The position numbers and the translations under genes are program-made. Source: Octopus vulgaris (lineage: Eukaryota). Taken from it: a stretch of 64,000 nt of DNA. How positions within the stretch are numbered: position 1 is the first letter of the stretch; the number at the start of each line of letters is the position of its first letter. The notes under the pieces are model-generated. The model had not been told where the DNA came from. It made no database searches and saw only the letters and a list, made by a program, of their open reading frames with translations. Where the stretch lies: contig OX597836.1 in the NCBI GenBank assembly GCA_951406725.2, forward strand, positions 6,262,001 through 6,326,000, in the 5' to 3' direction. Below are positions 38,605 to 53,499 of this stretch, in pieces.

Positions 38605-40082
38605 TACCCTGTTGCTGATGTTGAAATTCCAATGATAAATTAAGTACCAGTTGCGTACTGGGGGTTGATTCAATCAACTGACCCCCCACTCCCCAACAAA
38701 TCTCAGGCCTTGGGGCCGGAGTAGAAAAGAACATTTCAGTCAGTGCAAATCAGGCAGGGGAGACAACTTCAAATTTTCAGCTGGTGATTAATAAAAAAAA
38801 TCAAAAATCACTCCACGGAAATTTCACATAATTAACTCTGGAAATAAACATATGGTGAAGAAGTAATTAATGTCTTAACGATCTGTTTCTGTGATTATAT
38901 ATAAAATATAATAACATGTTTTGTCTCATGTGCTACCGTTGTGTCGTTACTGTGACGTAGTAATACTACGGAGCCAAATCTCTCGGACTTAGCCACGATA
39001 CGACGGATCCAGGTTTCACTGTCCACACGTTATGTAACGAGACAACGAGAGAGGAAGAATAGCACCGCTCCAAAAGCTAGAAATAATAGTGAAATTGCTA
39101 TCGAATCACGACCTGCTATACTTAAAAGCCATACGGATGGTCACGGCTGGAATGCGTCTACTGGATCTGAACTGCTTTGGAGTTAAGAAAGAATATATAG
39201 ATACACGAGACATTGTGCGAGCCGCTAAACGCTAGAAATAGCAAACAATTTCCCTCAAATTCAGACTGTTCATTTTATTTATTTTTATTTATTTAGGTTT
39301 TGGGAGGTCTTTTGCTTGTTTTGGGGGTCTTGTTTTGCGTCGCCGTGCGGCAAGAAGTTTGCCTCACAACTAACCACATGGTTCCAGGTTCAGTCCCACT
39401 TGGTTGTACCTTGGGCAAGTCTCTCCTTCTATAGTGATGGGCTGACGAAAGCCTGTGAGTGGATTTGGTATAAGGAAAGTGAAAGAATTCTACATAAACA
39501 CACACTCATACATACATACGTACATACATACATACATACATACATACATACAAACATACATACATACATACATACATACATACATACATACATACATACG
39601 GACGCATGTATGTGTTTGTCCACAACCACCAGCCGGTGCTGGTTTGTTTGCATCCTCGTAACCTAGCAGTGCGACGAAAGTGACCGATAGAATAAGTACC
39701 AGACTTTATGAACAAAATTAACTACTCGGGGGGGGGGGGCGACTTGTTCGACTAAACCTTTCAATGCGGTGCCCCAGCATGGCCGCAGACCGAAACAAGC
39801 CAAAGATAAACGATGGGATAAAATACAACTCGAACGATAAGCTCATTAGATAATTAACAACATCTTTTTTAATTAGTATGCGACTGGATCTTGGCGGACT
39901 TTGTAGTTGCTCGGTCTGCTAGACAGAATAGCCAGATTTCCCTCAAAATACATATCACTTGAGTTTAGAGTAAATAATAACAACAACAACAACGACGACG
40001 ACGACGTAGTATGGTGGTGGTGGTGGTGGTGGTGGTGGTGGTGGTGGTAGTAGTGGTGGTGGTTGTAGTTGTAGTAGTAATG

Positions 40083-40114
<32 letters not shown>

Positions 40115-40431
40115 TAATAATCATAATCATAAGGCGGAGTAGTCACAGTTGGATCGCCTCTGAGCACAGGTCTGTTCGATCTGGAGTGACCTGGAGTTAA
40201 AGAATAACATAAATACGTTAAGACATCGAAGGGAAACCTTTACATGGTCACTCGATCTGTTAGAATTGGCAGCCAAACTTCTATCAGATCCAACGCCATC
40301 ATATAAATAAATAAATAAATAAATAAATAAGCCAAACACTGGATTATAGAATTTAACGTACGTTAGGCCAGAAAACTTTTGGAATGGTCATGGTTGGAGT
40401 GCCTTCCATCAACTATTAGATACATGTCCAT

Positions 40432-40670
40432 GTTATAAGGCGGCGAGCTGGCAGACACGTTAGCACGCCGGGCGAAATGCGTAGCCGTATTTCGTCTGCC
40501 GCTACGTTCTGAGTTCAAATTCCGCCGAGGTCGACTTTGCCTTTCATCCTTTCGTGGGTCGATAAATTAAGTACCAGTTACGCATTGGGGTCGATATAAT
40601 CGACTTAGACCGTTTGTCTGTCCTTGTTTGTCCCCTCTGTGTTTAGCCCCTTGTGGGTAGTAGAGAAATA
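40432..40670 (+). mobile_element. tRNA-derived SINE family B (Nin-domain-like), full-length young copy
   Basis: Head ggcggcgagctggcag..., B box gagttcaaattcc, core gcctttcatcctttcg.gggtcgataaattaagtaccag. Perfect 18-bp TSD TATTAGATACATGTCCAT (40414-40431 and 40671-40688). Other copies at 7990-8222(-) and 14795-15025(-). Confidence 0.88.
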
Positions 40671-41122
40671 TATTAGATACATGTCCATCAGGGCCGACAT
40701 GGATACAACAGGGAAAGATTCGATCGATTAATCGAACTCCAATGTTTTATGTAACTAATTCGTCCGTGAGTTACATATATGTCGCATATTGTGAAGAATA
40801 ACGTCGTTACGACGACGACATCGACAAGGGAGAAGTTTATGCCATTCAAGCGGAAGAAATATCACGAGGGATTTTTAATTCGAAGGAACCGGTTCTTCTT
40901 ATTACAACGATGTGCAGGTCTTTCTCTCACAAACACACATACACATTTATGTGTCCATATATAAATGTATTGCGGGCTTCTGCACAATTTCTATCGACTA
41001 AGGCCACGCACAAAGCATTAAGCAACCCGCGAGGCTACATTGCCCAACGTAACACGCAAAGTCTGCCATCCAAAATATTCCTCACGCTTGCGAAGCGATC
41101 ATTTTAACCATACAACTATTCC

Positions 41123-41416
41123 GGTACTACTAGCGAACAGTGGTCCCGGTGCGCGCAATCGCGCATCCGTGCTAGCTAGTCGTAAGTAGTCGATCCTAAA
41201 ACGACTTTTTAACCCTAACCCTAACCTTAGTTTGTTCATAAAAATAATTTACTTAGGTTAAAAAATTATTTACTTTGCGTTTTATTTACTTTGTTCGAAA
41301 AATATTATTCTCTTTTCTTTGAAATACAAACATTCGCGCAAGTCGTTGTAGGATCGACTACTTACGACTAGCTGGCGCGAGTGCGCGCACCGGGACCACT
41401 GTTCGCTAGTAGTACC
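41123..41416. mobile_element. MULE-like MITE related to the 26198-27364 element
   Basis: About 80-bp TIRs GGTACTACTAGCGAACAGTGGTCCCGG. Perfect 9-bp TSD AACTATTCC (41114-41122 and 41417-41425). Shares the agtcgta.gtagtcgatccta core with the larger element. Confidence 0.85.
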
Positions 41417-42829
41417 AACTATTCCTTCATTATTTGTGTGTTTATGTTATCGATCCAGGAGAGACGAAATCTTTGTGGGCAGGCTTCGAGCTTACATATC
41501 CTAAGACACATTTTGGGAAGAATATAAAGATAGGAAAAAAAAAATATGTAAGATAAAGGGAGGAAACCTAGAAAAAAGTTACTTCCCTTGGCCAAAAGCA
41601 AAACGGCATTAAAAATATAATATACTTGGTTCCGAATTTTGGCACAAGGGGCTAGGTCGATTAAATCGACCCCAGTGCTCAAATGGTACTTATTTTATCA
41701 ACCCCGAAAGGATGAGAGATAAGGTGGAACCTGGTGGCATTTGACCATAAAACGTAAAGACGGATGAAATGCCGCTAAGCATTTTGCCGGGCGTGCTAAC
41801 GATTCTTTTCTATTCTAGGCACAAGGCCCGAAATTTTGGGGGAGGAGGCTAGTCGATTAGATCGAGTCCAGTAGGCAACTGGTATTTAATTTGTCGGCCT
41901 CCGAAAGGATGAAAGGCAAAGTCAACCGCAGCGTAAAGATGGATGAAGTGTCGCTAAGCGTTTCGCCCGGCGTGTTAACGATTCTTATTTCTGTATTGTC
42001 CAAAAAGAGCTAAACATAGAGGGGACAAACAAGGACAGACAAAGGGATTAAGTCTATTACATCGTATCCAGTAGGTCACTGGTACTTAATTTATCGACCC
42101 CGAAAGGATGAAAGGCAAAGTCGATCTCAGCGGAATTTGAACTCAGAACATAAAGACAGACGAAATACCGCTAAGCGTTTCGCCCGGCGTGTTAACGATT
42201 CTGCCAGCTCGCCGCCTTCGATTTAACGTTGTGTAATAATGACAATATTTGTGAAATTTTTTTAACTATTCGTCATAGTAGAGGTGCGTGATGAGTTAAT
42301 AGCAGCGATCGAATAGTACTTGACTAAGCTCGGTCAGAATGTAAAGACTCGGAACGAATACCGTAAAGAACTCCTTCCAACGCTCCAACGATTCTGCCAG
42401 CTCATTGCCCATACCATTCCAGTAGAAGTATTTTTGATTTAGGCATGAAGCCAGCAATTTTGAGAAAATAGAAAGAGAGAAAGAAAGAGTACTGTCTCTA
42501 TTACCGTCAATCCCAGCACTTGACTGGTGTTTCTTGCTTTTTTTTTTACTCCAGAATGAGAAACGGTCAAGTCGACCGACAAGTAGAATCAACACACGCG
42601 ACGTAATAGCCTCTATGTGGTCGTTAGAACAGCTAGAAACAGCAAGCGAATCTTCCTTAAAATCTTCCGAAAAAACTTATATTGGATATATGGTCCAAGA
42701 TAACCGTAATAAGACAGGATGGGCATGGCTGGATCACTTTTGATCATAAGTGTATCCAATCAAGGAGGCCATTGAGCTAAACGGCAGCAGCGGCAAGAGA
42801 TCTGTAGAAAGAAGTTATTTCACAAGGAA

Positions 42830-43220
42830 TCTCTATAAATATAAAGCTGAAGTTGTCTGTGTATGGCAGGTTTGGTAGCCTTCAACTAACACAATCTCCT
42901 CCGAGACCCTGCAGCGCAAGTTGACCAAATTGAGAGTATGATAGAAGAAGGCTTGCTCTTCCTTCCATAGAAGAAAAAATTCAAATCGGACCATGTTAAC
43001 ACCAATAATTATTTACATCAAAAAGGTGCTTTTTCTCTATGAAAATCCATATTTTTTACGATTTTTTTATTGCTGTGTTGCCATTTTTCGGTGTATTTCA
43101 ACCAGAAAAATGTTCACTTAAAGAGAATAACAAGATACATAATGCAAAATTTTTACTTTTCAAAAATTCCAATTCTAAAGGGTCAAAACAAACCCGAGCA
43201 ACGCCGGGTGATACTGCTAG
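42830..43220 (+). mobile_element. Non-autonomous Helitron
   Basis: 5' TC after an A, 3' hairpin ACCCGagcaacgcCGGGT followed by CTAG and then T (A|T insertion site), no TSD. Confidence 0.75.
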
Positions 43221-43938
43221 TATTTTTATAATGTTCTAATGAATTTTATATACATCATCTCATAGCTTCTTCATTTCGATGATGTAATTGTTTAGTTCTA
43301 GAATGACATTGTAGGGCAAGTGTGAAAGGCTGGATCTTGCCAGTTTGAACTTAAACTAGTAGACTATTTCAGCTAGATATGGTTGGATTAAATGCTAAAG
43401 GATTAACAACCCTTTGAACAGAAAACTTGCCTAAGGCTGTCATGTTTCCAGAAGGCAAGGGTTACAGTCCCATCTGCAGCCTTCAACTTCACCCTGCAAC
43501 CCAATACTAGCACACTATTCTTGATAGCCTTATTTGCTTCAAGATTCACCACTCCAAAAAAAGAATTATATCTAATAGCTGTAGTTGTCATGACACAAAC
43601 ACTGTCAAGGTTGTTTTGCCCTTGGCAAAACTATCTATCTACCTAAATATATATATGTGTGTGTGTGTGTGTGTATGTATGTATGCATGTATGTATATGT
43701 ATATATATATATATATATTGTCAATGTATCCTAGATCAGGAAAAGAAGCACATTCTAAAGCATAGAGCAGTAATGTATTTACATGTAGTTAAGTCTACGT
43801 CCAGTCATAGAGTGACCAATGGTTTTGCATCCATTGGTTACTCTGTGACTAGACTTAGGCTTAACTGCATATGAATGTGTGTGTGTGTGTGTGTCTGTGT
43901 ATCTATGTGTGTGTATCTATATATACATACATATATAT

Positions 43939-43987
<49 letters not shown>

Positions 43988-44080
43988 TATATGTGTGTGT
44001 TTGTAAGGAACAAAATATTTTAAATGACACAACAATGGACTATAATAACTTTTGTAATTTAATCATCCACAGTCTGATAT

Positions 44081-44140
<60 letters not shown>

Positions 44141-44178
44141 AGTTTGTATGTATGTATGTATGTATGTATGTATGTATG

Positions 44179-44246
<68 letters not shown>

Positions 44247-44264
44247 CATGGTAGTTAGTCTAAT

Positions 44265-44775
44265 TAGGATGCCATTTGGCTTTGTGCCAGGGAGGAGTAC
44301 CACTGATGCTATATTTCTGGTAAGGCAGCTGCAGAAGAAATACATAGCCAAAGATAAACCTCTGTACTTGGCTTTTGCTGCCTTGGAGAAAGCCTTTGAC
44401 AGGGTCTTCTGATTCCTTATCTGGTAGTCAATGCTGAGATTAGGGATAGACAAGTGATTGGTGAGAGGTGCACAAGCCATGTACAGGGACGCTGTCAGTA
44501 AAATGAGGGTTGGCAATGAGTTCAGCGAAGCATTCATGGTACAAGCAGGAGTTCACCAAGGATCAGTCCTCAGCACCCCTCTTGTTCATCATAGTCCTTC
44601 AGGCAATAACAGAGGAATTCAAGATAGCCTACCCCCAGGAGCTCCTCTATGATGATGACCTTGCTCTTATAGCTGAATCACAACTGGAACTAGAGAATTT
44701 TCAGACATGGAAGCAAGGTCTAGAATTGAAGGACCTTAGAGTTAACCTCCTAGCAAAAACTAGTCTTAGTAAGTA
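44265..44775 (+). mobile_element. Decayed RTE-clade LINE reverse transcriptase fragment
   Basis: [21 protein letters not shown]...[22 protein letters not shown] and LLYDDDLAL (the YADD position), broken by stops and frameshifts. Confidence 0.9.
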
Positions 44776-44845
44776 GGAAGGTAGATAAATCACTAATCCC
44801 TTCAGACACAAAGACACACACACATAAACATATATATATACATAC

Positions 44846-45010
<165 letters not shown>

Positions 45011-45339
45011 ACAGGTTTCTTTCAGTTTCTGTCTATCAGATCCACTCACAAGGCTCTGATAAACACGAAGCTATAGTAGAAAAAGACACTTGCCCAAGGT
45101 GCCCTGTAGTGGGACTGAACCAGGAACCATGTGGTTGGGAAGCAAGCTTCTTAGCACACGGCCACACCTGCACCTATGTATATTTCCCCCTGCTTTTAAT
45201 TATTTGCATTTTTCCTCAGATGAAAGATTTGTTTTTTTAATAAAGATACAAAACTTTCGCCATTGGAATGTAGTTAACTAAAACAAATCCACATTTTAAA
45301 CTTGAGAAAAACTTTATGCCCATGTGTGTATGAATGTCT

Positions 45340-45950
<611 letters not shown>

Positions 45951-46118
45951 TATATAGATTGTACTGTCTCCCTGGCTTTTATGTGCTAGGCCACTTGGTG
46001 TTAAACTGATGGTATTATTAAATTAATATCTAATTTTTCACCCTCATTTATGAATATATATATATATATATATATGCATACATATATACATATATATATA
46101 TATGTGTGTGTATGTGTG

Positions 46119-46155
<37 letters not shown>

Positions 46156-46282
46156 TGTATGTACACATACACACATACACATACATATATATAGAGGGAC
46201 AGTGTACATACGTACGTGCACTTATGTACATACAGATACATACATACATTCGTATATACATTGAAAATGTATGTATGCATAC

Positions 46283-46374
<92 letters not shown>

Positions 46375-47539
46375 ATAAAACTATACTCAAATCCCATTTA
46401 AGAGGCATCAAAATAGCTATTCCCAGACTTTCTGCTTTTTCTTTGAACATTTTTTTTACTTACATTTTTGTCCGTCCACATGCATGTGTGAGCGTATGTT
46501 CATATGCATGTCTGTGCATGTATGTGCATATGCATGTGTCAGAATTTCCTTGATGGTTTAATAGCAACCATAACAACTAACAGGACCCACAGAAGAACTA
46601 TATAACTTACTTCGACTTCAATGCATAAATTCATATTATATCTTCATAACAACTGTTTCATTCTGTCAAGAATTTTTATGATAATGAAGCTTGAAACGAA
46701 TTGTGGTTATTGGAAAATTGGAATTTAGATAACTAATAATGTAATAGATTCTGAACTCATTTTGCTGTCAGGCATTTCATCATTCCATCCATTGTGGTGT
46801 TTAACTACAAGTTGAGTTCAGTGGCCGAACGCAAACTGTGAATGGCATCCTTCAGCCCTTAATAGATGCATAAGTGCTTGATGGTTTTCAAAAAGACCTT
46901 TTTTTGATTTACTCTCTTTTACTCTCTTTTACTTGTTTCAGTCATTTGACTGCGGCCATGCTGGAGCACCGCCTTTAGTCGAGCAACTCGACCCCGGGAC
47001 TTATTCTTTTTGTAAGCCCAGTACTTATTCTATCGGTCTCGTTTTGCCAAACCGCTAAGTGACGGGGACGTAAACACACCAGCATCGGTTGTCAAGCAAT
47101 GCTAGGGGGAATAAACACAGACACACAAACATATACACACACATACATATATATATATATACATATATACGACAGGCCTCTTTCAGTTTCCGTCTACCAA
47201 ATCCACTCACAAGGCATTGGTCGGCCCGGGGCTATAGCAGAAGACACTTGCCCAAGATGCCATGCAGTGGGACTGAACCCGGAACCATGTGGTTGGTTAG
47301 CAAGCTACTTACCACACAGCCACTCCTGCGCCTATTTGTAAATGAAACTAAGACTATATCTGCATGCAAGACAATAAATGCTAGAACTCTAAATTCTAGC
47401 ATAGTCACCATATTTCAAATATGAGTTCATTGTTCTTTAAACCTGTTGCTTACCATTTTATCTTTTAATCTCAGCATCATCATCGTTCAACACCTGTTTT
47501 CCATGTTGACGTGGGTTGGACGGTTTGACATGAGCTGCA

Positions 47540-47665
47540 AGGACAGGAACAGCTTGACCAGGAACAGCAAGGCCAGAAGCAGCAAGGCCAGAAGCAGCAA
47601 GGACAAGAGCAGCAAGGCCAGGAACAGCAAGGCCAGGAACCACAAGGCCAGGTGCAGCAAGGCCA
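47540..47665. repeat. 15-bp tandem repeat (aggccaggaacagca)
   Basis: About 7-8 imperfect copies. They produce the spurious KARSS ORF. Confidence 0.85.
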
Positions 47666-48290
47666 CTACTTCTGCTCGTGGTCAGAGATACACATATCGT
47701 CAGCCACTAAGGGACATGCTCAACTGGTTAAAATCAAACAACTGACAAGCAAATCTGTGGTATTGAGCAGAATATTTGCTGTAGCCCATCTTTTATACCA
47801 AGACAAAACAATGTACATGATAACACTTCCAATCAGTTAAGATCAGAAGCCATGAGAGCCACTGTCTGGTACTGCATCAGGGCATTTATTAACATTTTCA
47901 TTGGCTGTGTGGTAAGTAGCTTGCTTATCAACCACATGGCTCTGGGTTCAGTCCTACTGCATGGCACCTTGGGCAAGTGTTTTCTACTATAGCTTCAGGT
48001 TGACCAAAGCCTTGTGACTGGATTTGGTAGACGGAAACTGAAAGAAGCCTGTTGTATATATGTATATATATGTATGTGTGTGTATATGTTTGTCTCCCCA
48101 TCTTCGCCTGACAACCGATGCTGGTGTGTTTACATCCCTGTAACTTAGCAGTTCAGCAAAAGAGACCGACAGAATAAGTACTAGGCTTACAAAGAATAAG
48201 TCCTGGGGTCACTTTGCTCGACTAAAGGCAGTGCTCCAGCATGGCCACAGTCACATGACTGATACAAGTAAAAGATTATTATTATTATTA

Positions 48291-48336
<46 letters not shown>

Positions 48337-48554
48337 TAGCAAGCCAGACAAAATGGCTGAAACAAATAAAAGAGTAAAAGAGAGTATATGTACATATATA
48401 TGCAATGGGCTTCTTTCAGTTTCCGTCTACCAAAATGCACTTCATAAGGCTTTGGTTGGCCAGAGTCTATTGTAGAAGACAATTTCCCAAAGTGTCACAA
48501 AGTGGGACTGAACCCGGAACCATGTGGTTGAGAAGCAAACTTCTTACCACACGG

Positions 48555-48558
48555 ATGT

Positions 48559-48611
<53 letters not shown>

Positions 48612-48615
48612 TGTA

Positions 48616-48665
<50 letters not shown>

Positions 48666-48668
48666 GTG

Positions 48669-48761
<93 letters not shown>

Positions 48762-48769
48762 GTGTGTGT

Positions 48770-48834
<65 letters not shown>

Positions 48835-48838
48835 TGTG
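48555..48838. repeat. (TG)n array
   Basis: Directly visible, about 280 bp. Confidence 0.95.
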
Positions 48839-49359
48839 CCATTTTGAGGTTAATACCGATGTGACTGTTGTTTCTCCACTTGTCTTATCAATATTGTTTT
48901 TGTTTCAGGATGTGTTACATGCCCTAATTTCTTCCTCAATTATGTTATTTGTAAATGTGTAACTTTGTTGAAGTTCCTCTTAAAAGTCGAGTGTTTATTG
49001 TCAAAGGTTTGTCTCTGGACATCAATGACAGTGTTGTCATCAAAAGGTTCCTATTCGCAACCATCCTGATATATTTTTTTCACTCTCAGTACACTTATTT
49101 ATATTCTTTTCAAAATTCAGCAGCACATCTGAACTAAAACTATAACTAAAAGCATAGGGGAAAATGTTATACCCAGGTTACACCATGGCACACCTAGCAT
49201 TGTATTGTGGGACATCAGTGTGCGGCAGCACTCCAGTTGTGGAGTGCTGGATTAGTCCCTAATCCAACATATGAAACCAGTTATAAGCCGGTTATATGTA
49301 GTTGGTAGGGCCCATGGTTAAATATCATTTCAGGATTGAAGGTGTTGACAAAACAAGTA

Positions 49360-49872
49360 CCGTAAATCCTCGAGTATAGTCCACCCTTGAGTATAATACG
49401 CAGGGGATTTTTAGGGGGATGTGCCTCTGAAAAACCTAAACCTTGTGTATAATACGCACCCCTTCTCTAACTTGAGTCAAGGAGGTCTGTATAATGTCCT
49501 TGGTTTGTCAAAATGTATACGGTAATGTCCTTAATTATTATTGTATATATAACATAATGCAAACGTGTAGCCTTTTTATGCATTTTGTTTGTAGAAAATA
49601 AAGAAATAACAGTAATAACGTTTAATGAATGTTGCTTACTGTAAGTTATGGATGATTCTTTTATAACTTCATTGCTTTCAGGCTTAGCTTAAGGTATTTT
49701 CGCGCCCAACATCACAAAATGCGTCTGAATAAACATTGCCTGACAGCAAATAAGAGACTCGGACATTGTTTAGAAAATAATTTTTATTTTTAACCTCATA
49801 TATAGTACGCACTAGGGATTTTGACCTTTAAATTTTGGGAAAAAAATGTGGATTATACTCGAGGATATACGG
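49360..49872. mobile_element. Tc1/mariner-pogo (Tc2-like) MITE
   Basis: TA|CCGTAAATCCTCGAGTATAGTCCAC...GTGGATTATACTCGAGGATATACGG|TA, with a TA target duplication. Confidence 0.8.
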
Positions 49873-50676
49873 TATTTCCTTTTTATTTTTTCCCCCGTCA
49901 CTGTCACCATTTTCATTCTTTTCTTCTCCCCCTATTTACGTTTCACTTACCTTGCTTTTAAAAGTACCTACTCGACTGGTTAACTAACTTGGTCACCGAC
50001 TGATATATCCTCTGCTTTGTTTTCTTTGGGGATTATCTTGAATGCTTCTGTTGCTATTGTTATGTCATGACCTATTTATGTTCAATTGGTATTTGTGATA
50101 TCTAAATACACAGGTGCAGGAGTGGCTTGCTTATGAACTACATGGTTCCGGGTTCAGTCCCCCTGCATGGCACCTTGGGCAAGTGTCTTCTACTATAGCC
50201 TCGGGCTGACCAAAGCCTTGTGAGTGGATTTGGTATACGGAAACTGAAAGAAGCCCATCGTATATATGTATATATGTGTGTGTATGTGAGTATATGTCTG
50301 TGTGTCTGTGTTTGTCCCCCCAACATCGCTTGACAACCGATGCTGGTGTGTTTACGTCCCCGTAACTTAGTGGTTCGGCAAAAGAGACCAATAGAATAAG
50401 TTCTAGGCTCACAAAGAATAAATCCTGGGGTCAATTTGATTGACTCCACCACACTGTTTCTGCCTGGTAAGGAAGTCTCAGAAAAGAAGTCACAGGTAAA
50501 AGTCACAATTTTGGCTTGGAAAAAAATTCAGGTAACCAAACAAGTACAATTTATTAAAGTACCAAAAACGATGAAGGTAATAAAACAGAAAATATTTTAA
50601 ATCAGTTTTTAATTGGCAATACATGATTTGTACAAACTGGCCAACCCATGCCAACATGGAAAAGAGGATGTTAAAT

Positions 50677-51025
50677 GATGTATGTATGTATGTATGTATG
50701 TATGTATGTATGTATGTACGTATGTACGTACATATGTATGGATGTATGTATGCATGCATGTTTGTATGTATGTATGTACGTATGTATGCATGTATGTATG
50801 TATGTATGTACGTATGTATATATGTATGTATGTACATATGCATGTATGTATGTATGTATATATGTATGTATGTACATATGCATGCATGTATGCATGTATG
50901 TATTCATGTATGTATGTATGCATACATGTATGTATGTATGTATGTATGTATTTATGTATGTATGTATGTACATACGTATGTATGTATGTATATATGTATG
51001 CATGTATGTACATATGTATGTATAT
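50677..51025. repeat. Degenerate (TATG)n array
   Basis: Directly visible. Confidence 0.95.
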
Positions 51026-52957
51026 TGTTGCTTGAATTTAACCCAAATCCTCCTGCATGACATCCAGAAAGACACGCCTGATAATTCACAAAATATATTC
51101 TTCAAAAATGGAAAAATTCAAAAAACAAATCCCAGGTGTGTTAATTGACTTATGAACATATCAAACAAATTTCTTTTATAGACCAACATAATTGTGTACA
51201 GACGTGATTTAGTTCATCTGCTGGCTACCGATTGTCCACAAGGCTTGCTGATGTTCCATCTACCTGTGCAGGTATACAGAATTACTGTAATCTCTTGATT
51301 ACCTCCATACCCAACTAATCTCAAGTATTTATTCTGGATTTCAATAGTGCATCCAACATAGAGAAGGAAAGAAAGAAAGAAGGGAAGGAAGAAGGAAGGA
51401 AGGCGAGAGACAAGGAAAGAAGGAAGGAAATCAATGAATGGATGGAGGGGTGGAGAGATGGATAAATAGATAGATGAATAAATAGATAGATAGATCGATT
51501 GATAGACAAAGATACACCAATGTAGAGGCACATGGCCCAGTGGTTAGAGCAGCAGACTCGCGATCGATGGATTGCGGGTTCGAATCTCAGACCGGGTGAT
51601 GTGTGTGTTTATGAGCGAAACACCTAAGCTCCATGCGGCTCTGGCAGAAGGTAATGGTGAACTTCTGCTGACTCTTTCGCCACGACTTTCTCTCACTTTT
51701 TCCTCCTGTGACAGACTGGCGTCCTGTCCAGGTGGGGAACCTATACGCCAAGGAAACTAGGAAACTGGTCTTTATGAGTCAGGCGTGGCTCAAGAAGGAA
51801 CAAATACACAAATGGACAGATGGATAGACAGGTGAACAGATGAACAGACAGATTGGTTTGTGGAAGGAGGGACGATGGACAGATGGACGGATGGACCAAC
51901 AGACAGAAGGACAGACAGACAGGCAGAGAGATAGATAGGATGGATGAATGAATAGATGGTAAGATGGATAGGCAGATAGAGAGATAGATGGATTGAGAGA
52001 TAAAGAGAAAGATAGAAAGATAGATAGATGGATGGATGTAGAGTATGTGAGTGTGTGTGTGAGTGTGTGTGTGTGTATGTGTGTGTGTGTGCGTGCACAT
52101 GTGTGTGAAAATAGCATCTTTTTACCTGAGAATTAATCTTTAAGGTGAAATACATTTTTTAAAGGATGATGTCCCAGACGGCTAACGACCTTATATTTAG
52201 TTTAAAGTCTTTAGATCTAACGACTATTAACACCTGAGTCATTACTGATTATCTCTACGACTCCCAAAGCTGCTTGCTGGTTCTGGTTCCACCATGCTAT
52301 CATCATCAGGCGGGAGAAGTGAGTCCTCAATGCCAGCAGACCATTCCTGAATGCCCATTTTCTGAATTCTTTGCTGCTTTTGAAATGTCTGTAATTTTTA
52401 CTACAAAACCTCAATGGCTTCCCTCATTGACCTGGCTCTGCACTGCAACTCTTTTCAGTCCCTTTGTTGAGATTACCAACTCCCAAGCTGTCGTTCGTGG
52501 GATTTACTCTTCTCACATAAAGTACTTCAATGGTTTGGTTGATCAGATACACTCGTGGCCGGGTGGTAAGAAGTTTGCTTCCCAACCACATGGTTCGGTG
52601 GTTCAGTCCCACTGCGTGGCAACTTGGGCAAATGTCTTCTACTACAGTTTCTGGCCAACCAAAGCCTTGCAAGTGGGTTTCATAAATGGAAACTGAAAGA
52701 AACCTGTCATATATGTTCGTTTTTAGTTAAGATAAATTATTTCAATGATTTCTAAATGTATAATTCATCATGCCTTTATAAAGGGTGTAAATTGTAAAAT
52801 AGTTTTATATAATCAAGACCTAAAGAATGGCAGTATAGTCGGATCAATAAATCCTGAGGTCGATTTCTTTAACTAAAGGCGGTGCTCCAGCATGGCCACA
52901 GTCAAATGACTAAAACAAGTAAAAGAATAAAAGAATATACATACATACATACATATA

Positions 52958-53017
<60 letters not shown>

Positions 53018-53196
53018 CATATATACAAATTGAGATAGGGGTTGTAAATGCAACCCTCCATGGGATAACGTATATCCAATATACTGCTAGTGAAGTACCC
53101 AAGAAAGTTAATACATAAATGTTAATGATTGCGATGCAATCAATTCATTTACAGTATTATATGGGCAAAGGTAAAATGTTTTACCACAAATTACTA

Positions 53197-53499
53197 ATAC
53201 AAGATAAGAAAATGGAGAAATACATCTAAATCAAATATCGATTACCAGATAATACTCAATCACATACTTTATTAAACCACCACATAAGAGACTGTAGGGT
53301 TAAACATAAAAAAGCAGAACAAATCAGTGTACATAAAGGAATGTACATAAAAAAGTGTACATAAAAGACTGATTTGTTCTGCTTTTTTATATTTAACCCT
53401 ACAGTCTCTTATGTGGTGGTTTAATAAAGTATGTGATTGAGTATTATCTGATAATTGATATTTGATTTAGATGTATTTCTCCATTTTCTTATCTTGTAT
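53197..53499. repeat. Inverted repeat with 132-bp arms (about 3 mismatches) and a 39-nt spacer
   Basis: 53197-53328 pairs with 53368-53499. The spacer holds three GTACATAAA copies. Confidence 0.92.

Noticed and set aside
34977-38734. ORFs of more than 1000 aa (HTYI/MYVC repeats)
   Set aside because: They are translations of the (TACA)n array, which has no stop codons in any frame.
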